A stretch of 64,000 bases of DNA from Antedon mediterranea (lineage: Eukaryota; Animalia; Echinodermata): positions 3,090,201-3,154,200 of the forward strand of contig NC_092670.1 in assembly GCF_964355755.1 (NCBI RefSeq), written 5' to 3'. Both the position numbers and the translations under genes were made by a program. Below, piece by piece: positions 14,000-27,500 of this stretch. How positions within the stretch are numbered: the first letter of the stretch is position 1; each line of letters opens with the position of its first letter. The notes beneath the pieces are model-generated. The model was not told the DNA's origin, searched no databases, and worked only from the letters and a program-made list of their open reading frames with translations.

Positions 14000-15427
14000 T
14001 ATACTGTAGTATACACAGTATAATCTGTATCCATATCACATACAGTGTAGAATAGGTGAAATTACGGGACCCGCTATTTATTGCAATTTTTAACATGTTG
14101 ACGGTTTTAAAATGAAACGCGAAGGTAGCAATTCCGAAAGGAAATTATCTCAGCAACAACGTATTAGCATGTAGAAGAAATTTGAATACGTGAAATATTG
14201 ATGCGCGCTCGTTTAAATGTAATGAATTATGACGCAAAAGATGAAAATACGACCTTTTTTATTTAACTGGCCATATGATGACGTCACAACATCCGATTGG
14301 CAACATTTTTACATAAAATCGTATCTACAGTCCAATAGCTTCCAGAAAAAGTTTTAATCGTGATTATCACATTTTATTCTTACGAGCTATAACAGATTAA
14401 AATTTACTGTAAAGATGAAATTAATGCCACACGTGATTTAAATTTTTAAGCACGATGACGTAAAAAAAATTAAAATATTTTTAACTCATGCGAAAGATAG
14501 TTGATTGACCTAGACAATATCAAAATCGGGGTGAAAATGGAAAACGGATAAGTGGAGATGCGCTCTATTCAATGTGATGAGCTATGACGAAAGATACAAA
14601 ATCCTAAATTTTATATTTGCGTGGCCATACGATGACATCACAATGTCCGGTTAGCCATATTAATACCTGATCCAATATCTACAACTCATCTACTTCCAGA
14701 AAATGCCATCCACAAAAAGTTGACCGTTTAGTTTAGAAATTACGACTGTTTTAAAAAAGGCATATTTTAAACGAATTTTTTAACGTTTTCATAAAAAACG
14801 CGCGCAAATTGTCCAATTCGACGTGCTCGTATGACGTATCTTTAAGTCAAAATTGTTTAAAATTTGGTAAAATTACTAGAAAAGGCTGGAAAAACATAAA
14901 TCACGCGAAAAAAATACGTTTTCAATGCTACGTGCGCTCCGCACACGTAAAAATGTGCGCATGCGTGGGAATTTTTGACATGCTTAAACCGACATGAAAC
15001 GCGTAGAAAGTTGATTAGAAATTAATTTTGCGCATTTTGAAATTTTAAATGCGCGTGCGCGCGTAACTTTGTGTAAAACACGCAATTTTTTTTCAACAGA
15101 AGGTTAGCGCATGATATAAATTAAACTTTTGCAAAGTTTCACTTTAAAATGTTATTTGGTTTTCGACATATGTTAAATACGAGAAAATCGTTAAATCGCG
15201 CGTACGTCACGTTGCGCGATTGTAAACATCATGAAAAGCTTCGCTTGACGACGTTACATAAATGTCAAAATGTTAACATAGTTAACAAAATGTTATGTTT
15301 GCAAGTTTTAGAGAAAAGCGTTACACAAAAATCATACAGAAAGAAAGAAGATTAAGACTAGACATGTAACTCGTCACTTTGACGAGTTTGGTTATCCGCC
15401 GCGCAAGTGGTGCAACATTAACATTAA

Positions 15428-18328
15428 AATGGATATGAAAGGATTTTAAAATTTCACAAAAAGGACTTTGTATGAATCCTTTTAATGTTAATAAACAGCA
15501 CACAAAAAATTAGATTCAAATACCTAGTAGAAATTGAGAAATAAACAAATTAAATTTTGGTATAAAACGTCCGCAAAATGGCCGACCAACTGGCACGCCA
15601 TCTTAATTTTTATGAACGTTCTATACGCACGTACGAGATCGTCAAATTTAGAGTTTGAAACACCCGGGGTTGTAGCCACGGCAGCAGTCGTTTTGTGATT
15701 GGTTAATGAATTTTAATACAGTCCAATCACCGCCTTGTCTCGTTCGCGGACTGTGTGGTGTAAACAAAATAAACAAACCCATGCTACACGAGACTCGCGT
15801 GTTGCAAGCTCCCTGTTGCTGCAGTCGTAGAAAATATCGATATTTCACAAATCAATAAAAAGTTATGTCTGCAAAGATTGTACGTGAAAAGAAGAAAGTG
15901 TGTATTTGTACTTCTCACACTAAACCACTCACGCAGACTACAAATTAGGCTAGGTCTAGTAGACTATAGTTTCTTCTAAATTCGCTAGTAGTAGGCTAGG
16001 CCTACACATGGAGTTACTCCATGGCCTACAGTACAAGAGAGTAGCAGTCGCCGGTCCACCGACGAACCTCCAGGAAGTGGACAAGGCGCGGGCGTAGACG
16101 TATGTAAAAGGCGACGTAAATAAAAAAGGTAAGCTTGTGTTGAACTTGTTTTTGGCTCTGACTTTTGTTATTGACTAATATAGTAATATAATAATACTAA
16201 TAATTAAAGTAGAGCAGAGAGGAGGTGAGGCCGAGAGGATTATTATAGTTTAGTTAGTAACTGTAGTGTAATTAAATAATAACCTCTTTCTGTTTGTTAC
16301 CAAGTCATAAAATATAATACTATAGGGCCTAGAGGTAGGATTGAATAAAAATAATAGTACATTTCCATCCATTTATTGGTCTTATCTTTGCAGATTTATG
16401 GAATCAACAGTACATGAGATGGCTTTGAAGAACTGTAATAGTACTAGTAATAAAATTGTAAACATCAAATTATATGGCAGAAATAGTGTGTGGAATGAAT
16501 TTTATTGAACAAATGCATCATAATGAGTTTGGAACAAGCAGGATTTTTCAAACAGGACATAAATTACTTTTGAGACCTGAGACATTTTAATTCTATCAAC
16601 ACCAGCCAGCTCCATCATATTCAAGAGATGGATTCTTTCATAAATGTCCATTGTACATAGTATTTGGCTAAATAAATAAAAAAAGAAGTACAGTAGTGGT
16701 TTATTTGTTTATATACCCAGACCCATTTAGATGGTTAAAAACAAACACTATATGATGCACTGCTACTAGTGTACTGTCTGGTAGTACATTACCATAGTTA
16801 CAGTATGACTGTAACCCTAGCACTCGCGTCTAAAGAATTCTATTATGCATATTTTACTATTCTTCATAAATATTTAGTTCTGTAATTTTAATTGTCTGCG
16901 CTCATTCTATACTTGGTGTCTTAGTATACTGCATAAATGTATCGTGCAAGCATGATCCAAGTAGCATCTATTATAAAGTACTCTGGGTATCTTTCTATTC
17001 ACCTGAAAAAAGGAAAATGAATAAGCACATGTTTATCTGCCCTCAAAACAAAATAATAATTTAGTATAATGTATTATGTAGGTTTGATCAACAGTTTAAA
17101 ATAGCAATGCTCAGTATCTGTTACCTTAATATTATAATTTGACTCTAACATTTGCGCTTCCATTCCAATCAATAAATACATTTGCTTATCCCGTCCATCA
17201 ATTATCATAATTGCACTCCAATTATAGACCTGTAGGTAGGTAAAAATACAAATGAATTGTTTATTTACTGTATACTGTACTGTATATGATACAAGCTGAA
17301 ATACCCCTAACTAGGCCTGGCCTGTTATAACCTTTATTACTACATTAGAGAAAATCCAACTCTATTCATTTTATTGGGAATCATAATATTTAGTATTCAG
17401 TGTTGCCTAGCCTACTAGCTAGTAGGGCGGCATGTAATAACAAAAAAATATTTCAATAATACGTTAGTCAGGACACTACAGCACACAACAATATTAATTA
17501 ATAAACGTACTTATAAATAATGTGTATATACATAATACAGTAACACAATTGTGCCTACCATTAACACCCTCAACGATACATCAAGGAGCATACGCTCTCA
17601 GCTCACCTCTGGCCGGGCGACTAAACATCGTATCCAGCAGTCATCACTACTAAAAAGGCCTAGGCCTAGTAGCTAGCTCCAGGCCATGGCATTGTCAAAC
17701 ACCATTTACTCGTCCAACCGTTTCTTCAAAACGATGTTAACATCCGTGTTAACAAGACGATGTGGACGAATTTCCATCAATTTCAGTTAATTACAACGAA
17801 ATAATAATAAAATGAATGTTTCAATAATACGTGTATAATAAATAGCGAAATAAACATCGCTCGCGAGGAGGGTCGAGAGAGAGGCCAAGGTGGTCGACTC
17901 TGTGATTCTCACGCATGCGCAAAATAACTCCGTGTACCCAGCAAGATAGGCATTTGGCTATGAATTTCGTAAAAGATGGCCTTGAAAAACGAAATTAAAA
18001 TCCGTTTAAAAAAAAACTTGGTTGATAATATGAATTAATTTTATTCGATTAGGCTAACATACTTATCCAAGAATAAAAATATCAAAGCAATAAGTAATTA
18101 CTACCATGCTTTTGCATCAATCAATGATTTACTGCTAAATTCCTATCTCTGTAATACAAAAATAACTTTTAGTGACGTCACAAAAAGTTTTTCACAGGTT
18201 TCTCAGGGGCGTTTTGAGGGCGTTGTCGTCCTCCAAAACATTAAGTATGACTATGGCAAGCTTAAAACTGATTGATCTACACGTTGAGCCAATAAAATGA
18301 TATTGCTAGGAACCCTTTCATATCCATT
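15428..18328. mobile_element. TTAA-specific non-autonomous DNA transposon, 2901 bp, Kolobok-like
   Basis: TTAA is duplicated (15424-15427 and 18329-18332) at the ACATTAAGGGG site that is empty in the other units. 15-bp TIR AATGGATATGAAAGG. The purine-starting terminus fits Kolobok better than piggyBac (CCC). Confidence 0.8.
16907..17780 (-). pseudogene. Decayed 3-exon gene inside the Kolobok-like element
   Basis: GT-AG exons in matching phase 0: one ending at 17607 (..DCWIRCLVARPE, upstream in-frame stops), 17229-17125 (VYNWSAIMIIDGRDKQMYLLIGMEAQMLESNYNIK) and one starting at 17002 (VNRKIPRVLYNRCYLDHAC...). No recognisable homology. Confidence 0.4.
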
Positions 18329-21300
18329 TTAAGGGGATAGGTTGAGGACAAAAGGAAGTGTTCACGTTGGCATTATGACCTGAACTGAAGAATATGATCT
18401 GTTGTTATTGCTGAATTTTATTATTTAAATTCATATATAGTATACACAGTATAATCTGTATCCATATCACATACAGTGTAGAATAGGTGAAATTACGGGA
18501 CCCACTATTTATTGCAATTTTTAACATGTTGATGGTTTTAAAATGAAACGCGAAGTTAGCAATTCCGAAAGCAAATTATCTCAGCAACAACGTATTAGCG
18601 TGTAGAAGAAATTTGAATACGTTAAATATTGATGCGCGCTCTTTTAAATGTAATGAATTATGACGAAAAAGATGAAAATACGACCTTTTTTATTTAACTG
18701 GCCATATGATGACGTCACAACATCCGATTGGCAACATTTTTACATAATTTCATATCTACAATCCAATAGCTTCCAGAAAAAGTTTTAATCGTGATTATCA
18801 CATTTTATTCTTACGAGCTATAACAGATTAAAATTTACTGTAAAGATGAAATTGATGCCACACGTGATTTAAATTTTTAGGCATGATGACGTCAAAAAAA
18901 TTAAAATATTTTTAACTCATGCGAAAGATAGTTGATTGACCTAGACAATATCAAAATCGGGGTGAAAATGGAAAACGGATAAGTGGAGATGCGCTCTATT
19001 CAATGTGATGAGCTATGACGAAAGATAGAAAAATCCTAAATTTTATATTCGCGTGGCCATACGATGACGTCACAATGTCCGGTTAGCCATATTAATACCT
19101 GATCCGATATCTACAACTCATCTACTTCCAGAATATGTCATCCACAAAAATTTGACCGTCTAGTTTAGAAATTACGACTGTTTAAAAAAAGGCATATTTT
19201 AAACGAATTTTTTAACCTTTTCATAAAAAACGCGCGCAAATTGTCCAATTCGACGTGCTCGTATGACGTATCTTTAAGTCGAAATTGTTTAAAATTTGGT
19301 AAAATTACTAGAAAAGGCTGGAAAAACATAAATCACGCGAAAAAAATACGTTTTCAATGCTACGTGCGCACCGCACACGTAGAAATGTGCGCACGCGTGG
19401 GAATTTTTGACATGCTTAAAACGACATGAAACGCGTAGAAAGTTGATTATAAATTAATTTTGCGCATTTTGAAATTTTAAATGTGCGTGCGCGCGTAACT
19501 TTGTGTAAAACACGCAATTTTTTTTCAACAGAAATTTAGCGCATGATATAAATTAAACTTTTGCAAAGTTTCACTTTAAAATGTTATTTGGTTTTCGACA
19601 TATGTTAAATACGATAAAATCGTTAAATCGCGCGTACGTCACGTTGCGCAATTGTAAACATCATGAAAAGCTTCGCTTGACGACGTTACATAAATGTCAA
19701 AATGTTAACATAGTTAACAAAATGTTATGTTTGCGAGTTTCAGAGAAAAGCGTTACACAAAAATCATACAGAAAGAAAGAAGAAGAATAAAAAGTTGACT
19801 AGACATGTAACTCGTCACTTTGACGAGTTTGGTTATCCGCCGCGCAAGTGGTGCAACATTAACATTAAGGGGATAGGTTGAGGACAAAAGGAAGTGTTCA
19901 CGTTGGCATTATGACCTGAACTGAAGAATATGATATGTTGTTATTGCTGAATTTTATTATTTAAATTCATATATAGTATACACAGTATAATCTGTATCCA
20001 TATCACATACAGTGACATACAGTGTAGAATAGGTGAAATTACGGGACCCGCTATTTATTGCAATTTTTAACATGTTGACGGTTTTAAAATGAAACGCGAA
20101 GGTAGCAATTCCGAAAGGAAATTATCTCAGCAACAACGTATTAGCGTGTAGAAGAAATTTTAATACGTGAAATATTGATGAGCGCTCTTTTAAATGTAAT
20201 GAATTATGACGCAAAAGATGAAAATACGACCTTTTTTATTTAACTGGCCATATGATGACGTCACAACATCCGATGGGCAACATTTTTACATAATTTCGTA
20301 TCTACAATCCAATAGCTTCCAGAAAAAGTTTTAATCGTGATTATCACATTTTATTCTTACGAGCTATAACAGATTAAAATTTACTGTAAAGATGAAATTG
20401 ATGCCACACGTGATTTAAATTTTTAGGCATGATGACGTCAAAAAAATTAAAATATTTTTAACTCATGCAAAAGATAGTTGATTGACCTAGACAATATCAA
20501 AATCTGGGTGAAAATGGAAAACGAATAAGTGGAGATGCGCTCTATTCAATGTGATGAGCTATGACGAAAGATACAAAAATCCTAAATTTTATATTCGCGT
20601 GGCTATACGATGACGTCACAATGTCCGGTTAGCCATATTAATACCTGATCCGATACCTACAACTCATCTACTTCCATATATGTCATCCACAAAAAGTTGA
20701 CCGTCTAGTTTAGAAATTACGACTGTTTAAAAAAAGGCATATTTTAAACGAATTTTTTAACCTTTTCATTAAAAACGCGCGCAAATTGTCCAATTCGACG
20801 TGCTCGTATGACGTATCTTTAAGTCGAAATTGTTTAAAATTTGGTAAAATTATTAGAAAAGGCTGGAAAAACATAAATCACGCGAAAAAAATACGTTTTC
20901 AATGCTACGTGCGCACCGCACACGTAAAAATGTGCGCACGCGTGGGAATTTTTGACATGCTTAAAACGACATGAAACGCGTAGAAAGTTGATTATAAATT
21001 AATTTTGCGCATTTTGAATATTTAAATGCGCGTGCGCGCGTAACTTTGTGTAAAACACGCAATTTTTTTTCAACAGAAAGTTAGCGCATGAAATAAATTA
21101 AACTTTTGCAAAGTTTCACTTTAAAATGTTATTTGGTTTTCGACATATGTTAAATACGAGAAAATCGTTAAATCGCGCGTACGTCACGTTGCGCAATTGT
21201 AAACATCATGAAAAGCTTCGCTTGACGACGTTACATAAATGTCAAAATGTTAACATAGTTAACAAAATGTTATGTTTGCAAGTTTTAGAGAAAAGCGTTA

Positions 21301-23061
21301 CACAAAAATCATACAGAAAGAAAGAAGATTAAGAAAAAGATGTTGATGATTTCGTACAATCACAAGAGGTTATCCTGCAACTTCGTTGCGGATAACCAAT
21401 GATGATGATGATGATGATTTCGTACAATCACAAGAGGTTATCCTGCAACTTCGTTGCGGATAACCAACTAGACATGTAACTCGTCACTTTGACGAGTTTG
21501 GTTATCCGCCGCGCAAGTGGTGCAACATTAACATTAAGGGGATAGGTTGAGGACAAAAGGAAGTGTTCACGTTGGCATTATGACCTGAACTGAAGAATAT
21601 GATATGTTGTTATTGCTGAATTTTATTATTCAAATTCATATATAGTGTACACAGTATAATCTGTATCCATATCACATACAGTGTAGAATAGGTGAAATTA
21701 CGGGACCCGCTATTTATTGCAATTTTTAACATGTTGACGGTTTTAAAATGAAACGCGAAGGTAGCAATTCCGAAAGGAAATTATCTCAGCAACAACGTAT
21801 TAGCATGTAGAAGAAATTTGAATACGTGAAATATTGATGCGCGCTCGTTTAAATGTAATGAATTATGACGCAAAAGATGAAAATACGACCTTTTTTATTT
21901 AACTGGCCATATGATGACGTCACAACATCCGATTGGCAACATTTTTACATAATTTCGTATCTACAGTCCAATAGCTTCCAGAAAAAGTTTTAATCGTGAT
22001 TATCACATTTTATTCTTACGAGCTATAACAGATTAAAATTTACTGTAAAGATGAAATTAATGCCACACGTGATTTAAATTTTTAAGCACGATGACGTAAA
22101 AAAAATTAAAATATTTTTAACTCATGCGAAAGATAGTTGATTGACCTAGACAATATCAAAATCGGGGTGAAAATGGAAAACGGATAAGTGGAGATGCGCT
22201 CTATTCAATGTGATGAGCTATGACGAAAGATACAAAATCCTAAATTTTATATTTGCGTGGCCATACGATGAAATCACAATGTCCGGTTAGCCATATTAAT
22301 ACCTGATCCAATATCTACAACTCATCTACTTCCAGAAAATGCCATCCACAAAAAGTTGACCGTTTAGTTTAGAAATTACGACTGTTTTAAAAAAGGCATA
22401 TTTTAAACGAATTTTTTAACGTTTTCATAAAAAACGCGCGCAAATTGTCCAATTCGACGTGCTCGTATGACGTATCTTTAAGTCAAAATTGTTTAAAATT
22501 TGGTAAAATTACTAGAAAAGGCTGGAAAAACATAAATCACGCGAAAAAAATACGTTTTCAATGCTACGTGCGCTCCGCACACGTAAAAATGTGCGCATGC
22601 GTGGGAATTTTTGACATGCTTAAACCGACATGAAACGCGTAGAAAGTTGATTAGAAATTAATTTTGCGCATTTTGAAATTTTAAATGCGCGTGCGCGCGT
22701 AACTTTGTGTAAAACACGCAATTTTTTTTCAACAGAAGGTTAGCGCATGATATAAATTAAACTTTTGCAAAGTTTCACTTTAAAATGTTATTTGGTTTTC
22801 GACATATGTTAAATACGAGAAAATCGTTAAATCGCGCGTACGTCACGTTGCGCGATTTTAAACATCATGAAAAGCTTCGCTTGACGACGTTACATAAATG
22901 TCAAAATGTTAACATAGTTAACAAAATGTTATGTTTGCAAGTTTTAGAGAAAAGCGTTACACAAAAATCATACAGAAAGAAAGAAGATTAAGAAAAAGAT
23001 GATGATGATGATTTCGTACAATCACAAGAGGTTATCCTGCAACTTCGTTGCGGATAACCAA

Positions 23062-24232
23062 CTAGAAATGTCATCAACATTGGTTCCCCGGGGGTTAGCG
23101 CAATGAATCGGGTGCATTCTAAGAAGTAGAGGCCCGGCCCGGGTTAGCCTAGTACTAGGCGTAGGCCGAGGATAGGCCCCTTAGGTACACACATTCATAC
23201 TTTACCTATTAAACATCCTTGATCGTGGACCATGATAATATGTAATATTGTATATATAGTAAACTTCCGGAAAAAATTGTTGAATGAGTTGGGATAAGAA
23301 AGGCTGTTGGGGATTTTTGTCGGTAAGCATAGGCATCACCGGTGTTTACCATTTTCGAACATCAGCAGGCTACGGGGCGCCGTTTAGGACATTGCTAATT
23401 TGGTCGCAATATTACTATTTAGTCAATCGAACATTCATTTCGTCAATATAAAATTCATTTTGTCAACACGTAACTCATTTTGTGTTGGAAAAATTTATTC
23501 TGTGTAGACAAAATTCATTTTGTCTCGACATAATTAATTCTGTGTAAACAAAAATCATTTGCGTTCAAAGCTCTTCGTATTTCTTCATCAGTTCCTTTCT
23601 GAACTTAGTCAACCCCGAATTCAGTTATTTGTAAGTGGAAACATTATTAAATAATTATCAACTACTGAGGTTATGGAAAGTTACCTACACTAGAATTATC
23701 TTCATCATTGGTTGCCCGGGGGTTAGCGCAATGAATCGGGTGCATTCTAAGAAGGCCCGGCTTAGCTAAGTGTACGCCGATGGTAGGCCCCTTAGGTACA
23801 CACATTTATACCTTACCTATTAAACTTCCTTGAACGTGGACCATGGTATTATGTAATATTGTATATATAGTAAACTCCCGAAAAAAGGCAGATGAATGAG
23901 GTGGGATAAGAAAGACTGTTAAGGATTTTTTCGGTAAAGCATATAGGCATCACCGGCGTTTGCCATTTCCGTACATCAACAGGCTACGGGGCGCAGTTTG
24001 GGACATTGCTAAGTTGTTGGAAATATTACTATTTAGTCAATACAACATTCATTTTGTCAATACAAAATGCATTTTGTCAACACATACCTCATTTTGTGTT
24101 GACCAAATTTATTCTGTGTAGACAAAATTCATTTCGTCTCGACACAATTACTTCTGTGTAAACAAAATGTATTTGCTGTCACTGCTCTTCATACTTCTTC
24201 ATCTAAGTTCATTTCTGAACTTATTCAACCTT
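23062..24232. repeat. Diverged tandem duplication (~630 bp) of the CTAG terminus of the large element
   Basis: ACTAGAA...CATTGGTT(C/G)CCCGGGGGTTAGCGCAATGAATCGGGTGCATTCTAAGAAG occurs at 23061 and 23689. Each copy contains ~21-bp AAATTCATTTTGTC subrepeats. Confidence 0.85.
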
Positions 24233-24239
24233 ATGTTCC

Positions 24240-24502
24240 TAGACGGTCTCTGAGATCTAGATCTGAGTCTGTTCTTACCCATATATTTCATCCTTCCACT
24301 AAGTTTTATGGAAGTCGTTCATTTTTTTCGGCATCCGTTTCTCTATGGAATGCGTTGCCTATTGAAATCTGTCAGGCTACTTCCACCAGTGCCTTCAAAT
24401 CTCTCCTCAAAACCCACCTTCTTAGTTTGTAATGTTTCAAAATGTTCTGTCTTTGTAAAGCGCATTGAGGCTTTAAGCATAATGCTCTATATCAAGTACC
24501 AG

Positions 24503-24534
<32 letters not shown>
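24240..24534 (+). mobile_element. 3' fragment of an L2/CR1-group LINE
   Basis: Translates with a frameshift as TKFYGSRSF/ASVSLWNALPIEICQATSTSAFKSLLKTHL, matching the L2/CR1 ORF2 C-terminal motif. It is followed by a GTAAAGCGC... 3' UTR and a (TTA)n tail. Confidence 0.8.
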
Positions 24535-27500
24535 TGGTTCGTGAGTCGCGGTAAAGAAAGTGTACCTTTTGTCTTTCAAAAGCATATAGCAAACAAGGCC
24601 AACAGCCACTGTAAATCGCGTGCAGTTCAAAGAGTACATAAACGCGAGGAAACGCAAACTGATACCGGACCGATCGACAGACCGACCGACATAACAATTA
24701 TTTAGCTGTTCATGTTAAGTATATTGTTTATGAAATGACATCAAATATGTTACTTGCCTTTTACAGAACAGTTTCCGTATGAGAAGGGCAACTTATTAAT
24801 GTTATGTCCGTAGTGATGTGGTGTTTTTGTAGGGCATATTGTATCACAAAATAATGTGCAGACTATAAAACCGTATCTGTATAGTATACGATAGTAGTTG
24901 ATATTGCTAGGCCTCAAAACATTTTTATTGAAGCACTGATTATAATTGTACTGTAACTATCTAATAGAAAAAGTAGAAACCAAATATATATATATATATT
25001 ACATCGACATTGCTTAATAAAATTGTTTATACAGAAATGGAGGTTATTATCAATAACAATAATAACTATACGGTATTTCCTTTATATATGAAGAATATTG
25101 CTAATTAGCTGTGGCTTTGTTTGTGCGTATTGTATGTGATTGTTGTTGTAGAAATCCAGATCATATGATCGTACATGCAAGTCATTCCCGAGATTAAATG
25201 TTATGACATATGTACATAATATATGTATGTCCACCAAAATGAGATTGATCTGCTTGTTTGAAACATGACGGTTTTGTCGATATGTTTACAACCTGCGGTG
25301 TGGCCGCGATAGGTTACTCAAAGTAGGACGGTGGCATTAGTATTCTGGGTTAATTATGCTAAATATGTTTGTAAGAGTGCCATAAATTGTAATCGGTAAT
25401 AAATTTAGAGGAATATGTCAGTATGTGTCTCCGAAGCTGACAGATCTGTCATAATACACAAAACCGTCTTCTGATAATCCGTTAGGGACGAGAAAAATTT
25501 ACTGTGAATTCATAAATGTATAACGTGACATATTACAATAAATATTTTAAAGACATAGACATACTATATATCTGAATCTGTCAATGACAATTAAGAAGTA
25601 TGGTGTATTGTTAGGCAGGTGTGACCAGTAGTCAACTTTGGTGTGATGTACGTGTTGTGTTGAATAACCAGGCGTTTCCGAGCATAATAATCCATTTGTT
25701 TTCGTCCTGTCACGTCTCAATTCATTTAATACTTTTTAATGTCAACCTTATTTTTCACCAGTTTCACACACTCTATTGTGAGATTTCTTGGGTTTATTCC
25801 CAGTGAATATAGATTAATTTCGGAATTTGTTCTTTTTTTGAGTCATCACCCTGTCCTCAACACACAATAGCCTGAAGCTGTCTAGTTCTTTTTGTTGTAA
25901 TTGAAATGGAGGCCCTCTTTGGTGTGTTGTACCAATTATTGTCTTCAATAACCAAGCGTTTTCGAGCATAATAATCCTTTTTCCCTTGCCGTCCGCCTTA
26001 CTTTAGCTTAATACTTCTCGGAATACCCTTTATTTTGCCACTCCTTTTACAATCCTATAATGTGAGATTTCATAGGTCTTTTCACAGTGAATGTCGACAA
26101 ATTATTTATTTCGTCCTTCTTTTTTGTTCGTTTTCTATAAGAGAAGATGTTTGTGTAGGCCTGTAGAGAAATACAGTTTATTAAATAATTAATATTTGTT
26201 CACCTGTAACATTTCATGAAGGGTTGCCCTTAATTATTTGAGCGTAATTTTTTTAATGAATTATGTTGTACGATCAGCAAATATATTTAGGCCTAGGCCT
26301 ACATAGCAGTTTTGGATGATGAAAATCACAGCTATTCATATGGTCTATGACCTGTAAGATTTAGGCATATAATAGGGCTCAATTCAGCTTAACAAGAAGA
26401 CTAGATTGTGCGCAAAATAAATTGTGAAACCTAACATAGCCATAGTAGCAGAATAGTTGAAGAGTAGGTTAGCGTAGTTCAGGAACAGTCTAATCCACTG
26501 AAAATTAGCTAATCGTTTTCTAGCATTAGGACGGCCGTCGCGAAGCTCCATATTGGTTGGGAATCCAGTCCCTTTTCAAAGTATTAAAAAAGCAGAATTT
26601 TTACAACATGAACTTACACAAGCTACACATTTGTCATGTATACACAATTTGAACCGAATAAGGACAGGGCAAAGGTCAATCGATGATTTCCAGAAGTATA
26701 GGCTAATGAATATACTATTATTTCAATGTCCAATGCAGTACTAGGATATTTTATAGGTTAGAAAACATGCATGACAGTATAGTTACAATGTATTAGTAGT
26801 GCTTTAGTATGGGCTTTTTTAATTACCATTATTAAGAATATTTGTTTTTAAAAGAAGTGAACTTTCGGTGGGTAAAGGCATAAGACTACCTACTTTTTTG
26901 TGCAAAGATATACAATTGACCACAGTTTGTAAATGATTTGACATAGACGTCATCATTTACGTGTTAATTTTGAAATAAATAATATTGTTGGTAAACAACC
27001 TGAACCGTTTTGTACTTCTACGATTTCGGGAATGACAATGGATATGTCAATAAATTAAAGTCAACACTTTTTCGAACCCTTGTATGAATACGCGTTAATG
27101 TTATTAATATGAACTGATCAGTATCATGGAAATTGACGTGTTACTGTAACCGGAGCTGTGGGAAATTTACACAAGCTGAATATGTCATGAAAATGATGAA
27201 AAGTGACTTGGAAATGTGAAAGTAACATTTGGTATTTGAACATAAAGGATGGGCAGCGTGCATCACATTCAAGGAAATTTCAATGGGATATTTCACTAAC
27301 TACACAGTTTCTACAGTAATAACTGTCTAATAGCATGACGTCATCATCTATCCACCCGCATGAGAAATGTGAGTATTTGTTTTTTATTTGTCATAGTTTT
27401 ATCATACCCATATTTATTAATGTGCATGAACTGTCAGAAACAGAGACTGCGAAAACTGTTGTAATGTCTAGCTAACTGTAAATGTTGTTTTGTGTATGTA

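Larger units (their letters stand above)
1..23061 (-). repeat. Array of 12 non-autonomous Helentron (HINE/DINE-1-like) copies, ~1.5-1.6 kb each, same orientation, partly nested
   Basis: On the + strand, units begin CTAGACATGTAACTCGTCACTTTGACGAGTT(T/A)GTTATCCGC at 1453, 2964, 4689, 6263, 7800, 9400, 10922, 12496, 15358, 19799 and 21468. On the - strand each unit reads: 5' TTGGTTATCCGC subTIR with an adjacent partial inverted copy, (ATC)n/(TCTT)n microsatellite, body, 3' subTIR GCGGATAACCA, hairpin AACTCGTCA-AAG-TGACGAGTT, ACATGTCTAG. This is the DINE-1/HINE layout. No TSDs. Confidence 0.9.
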
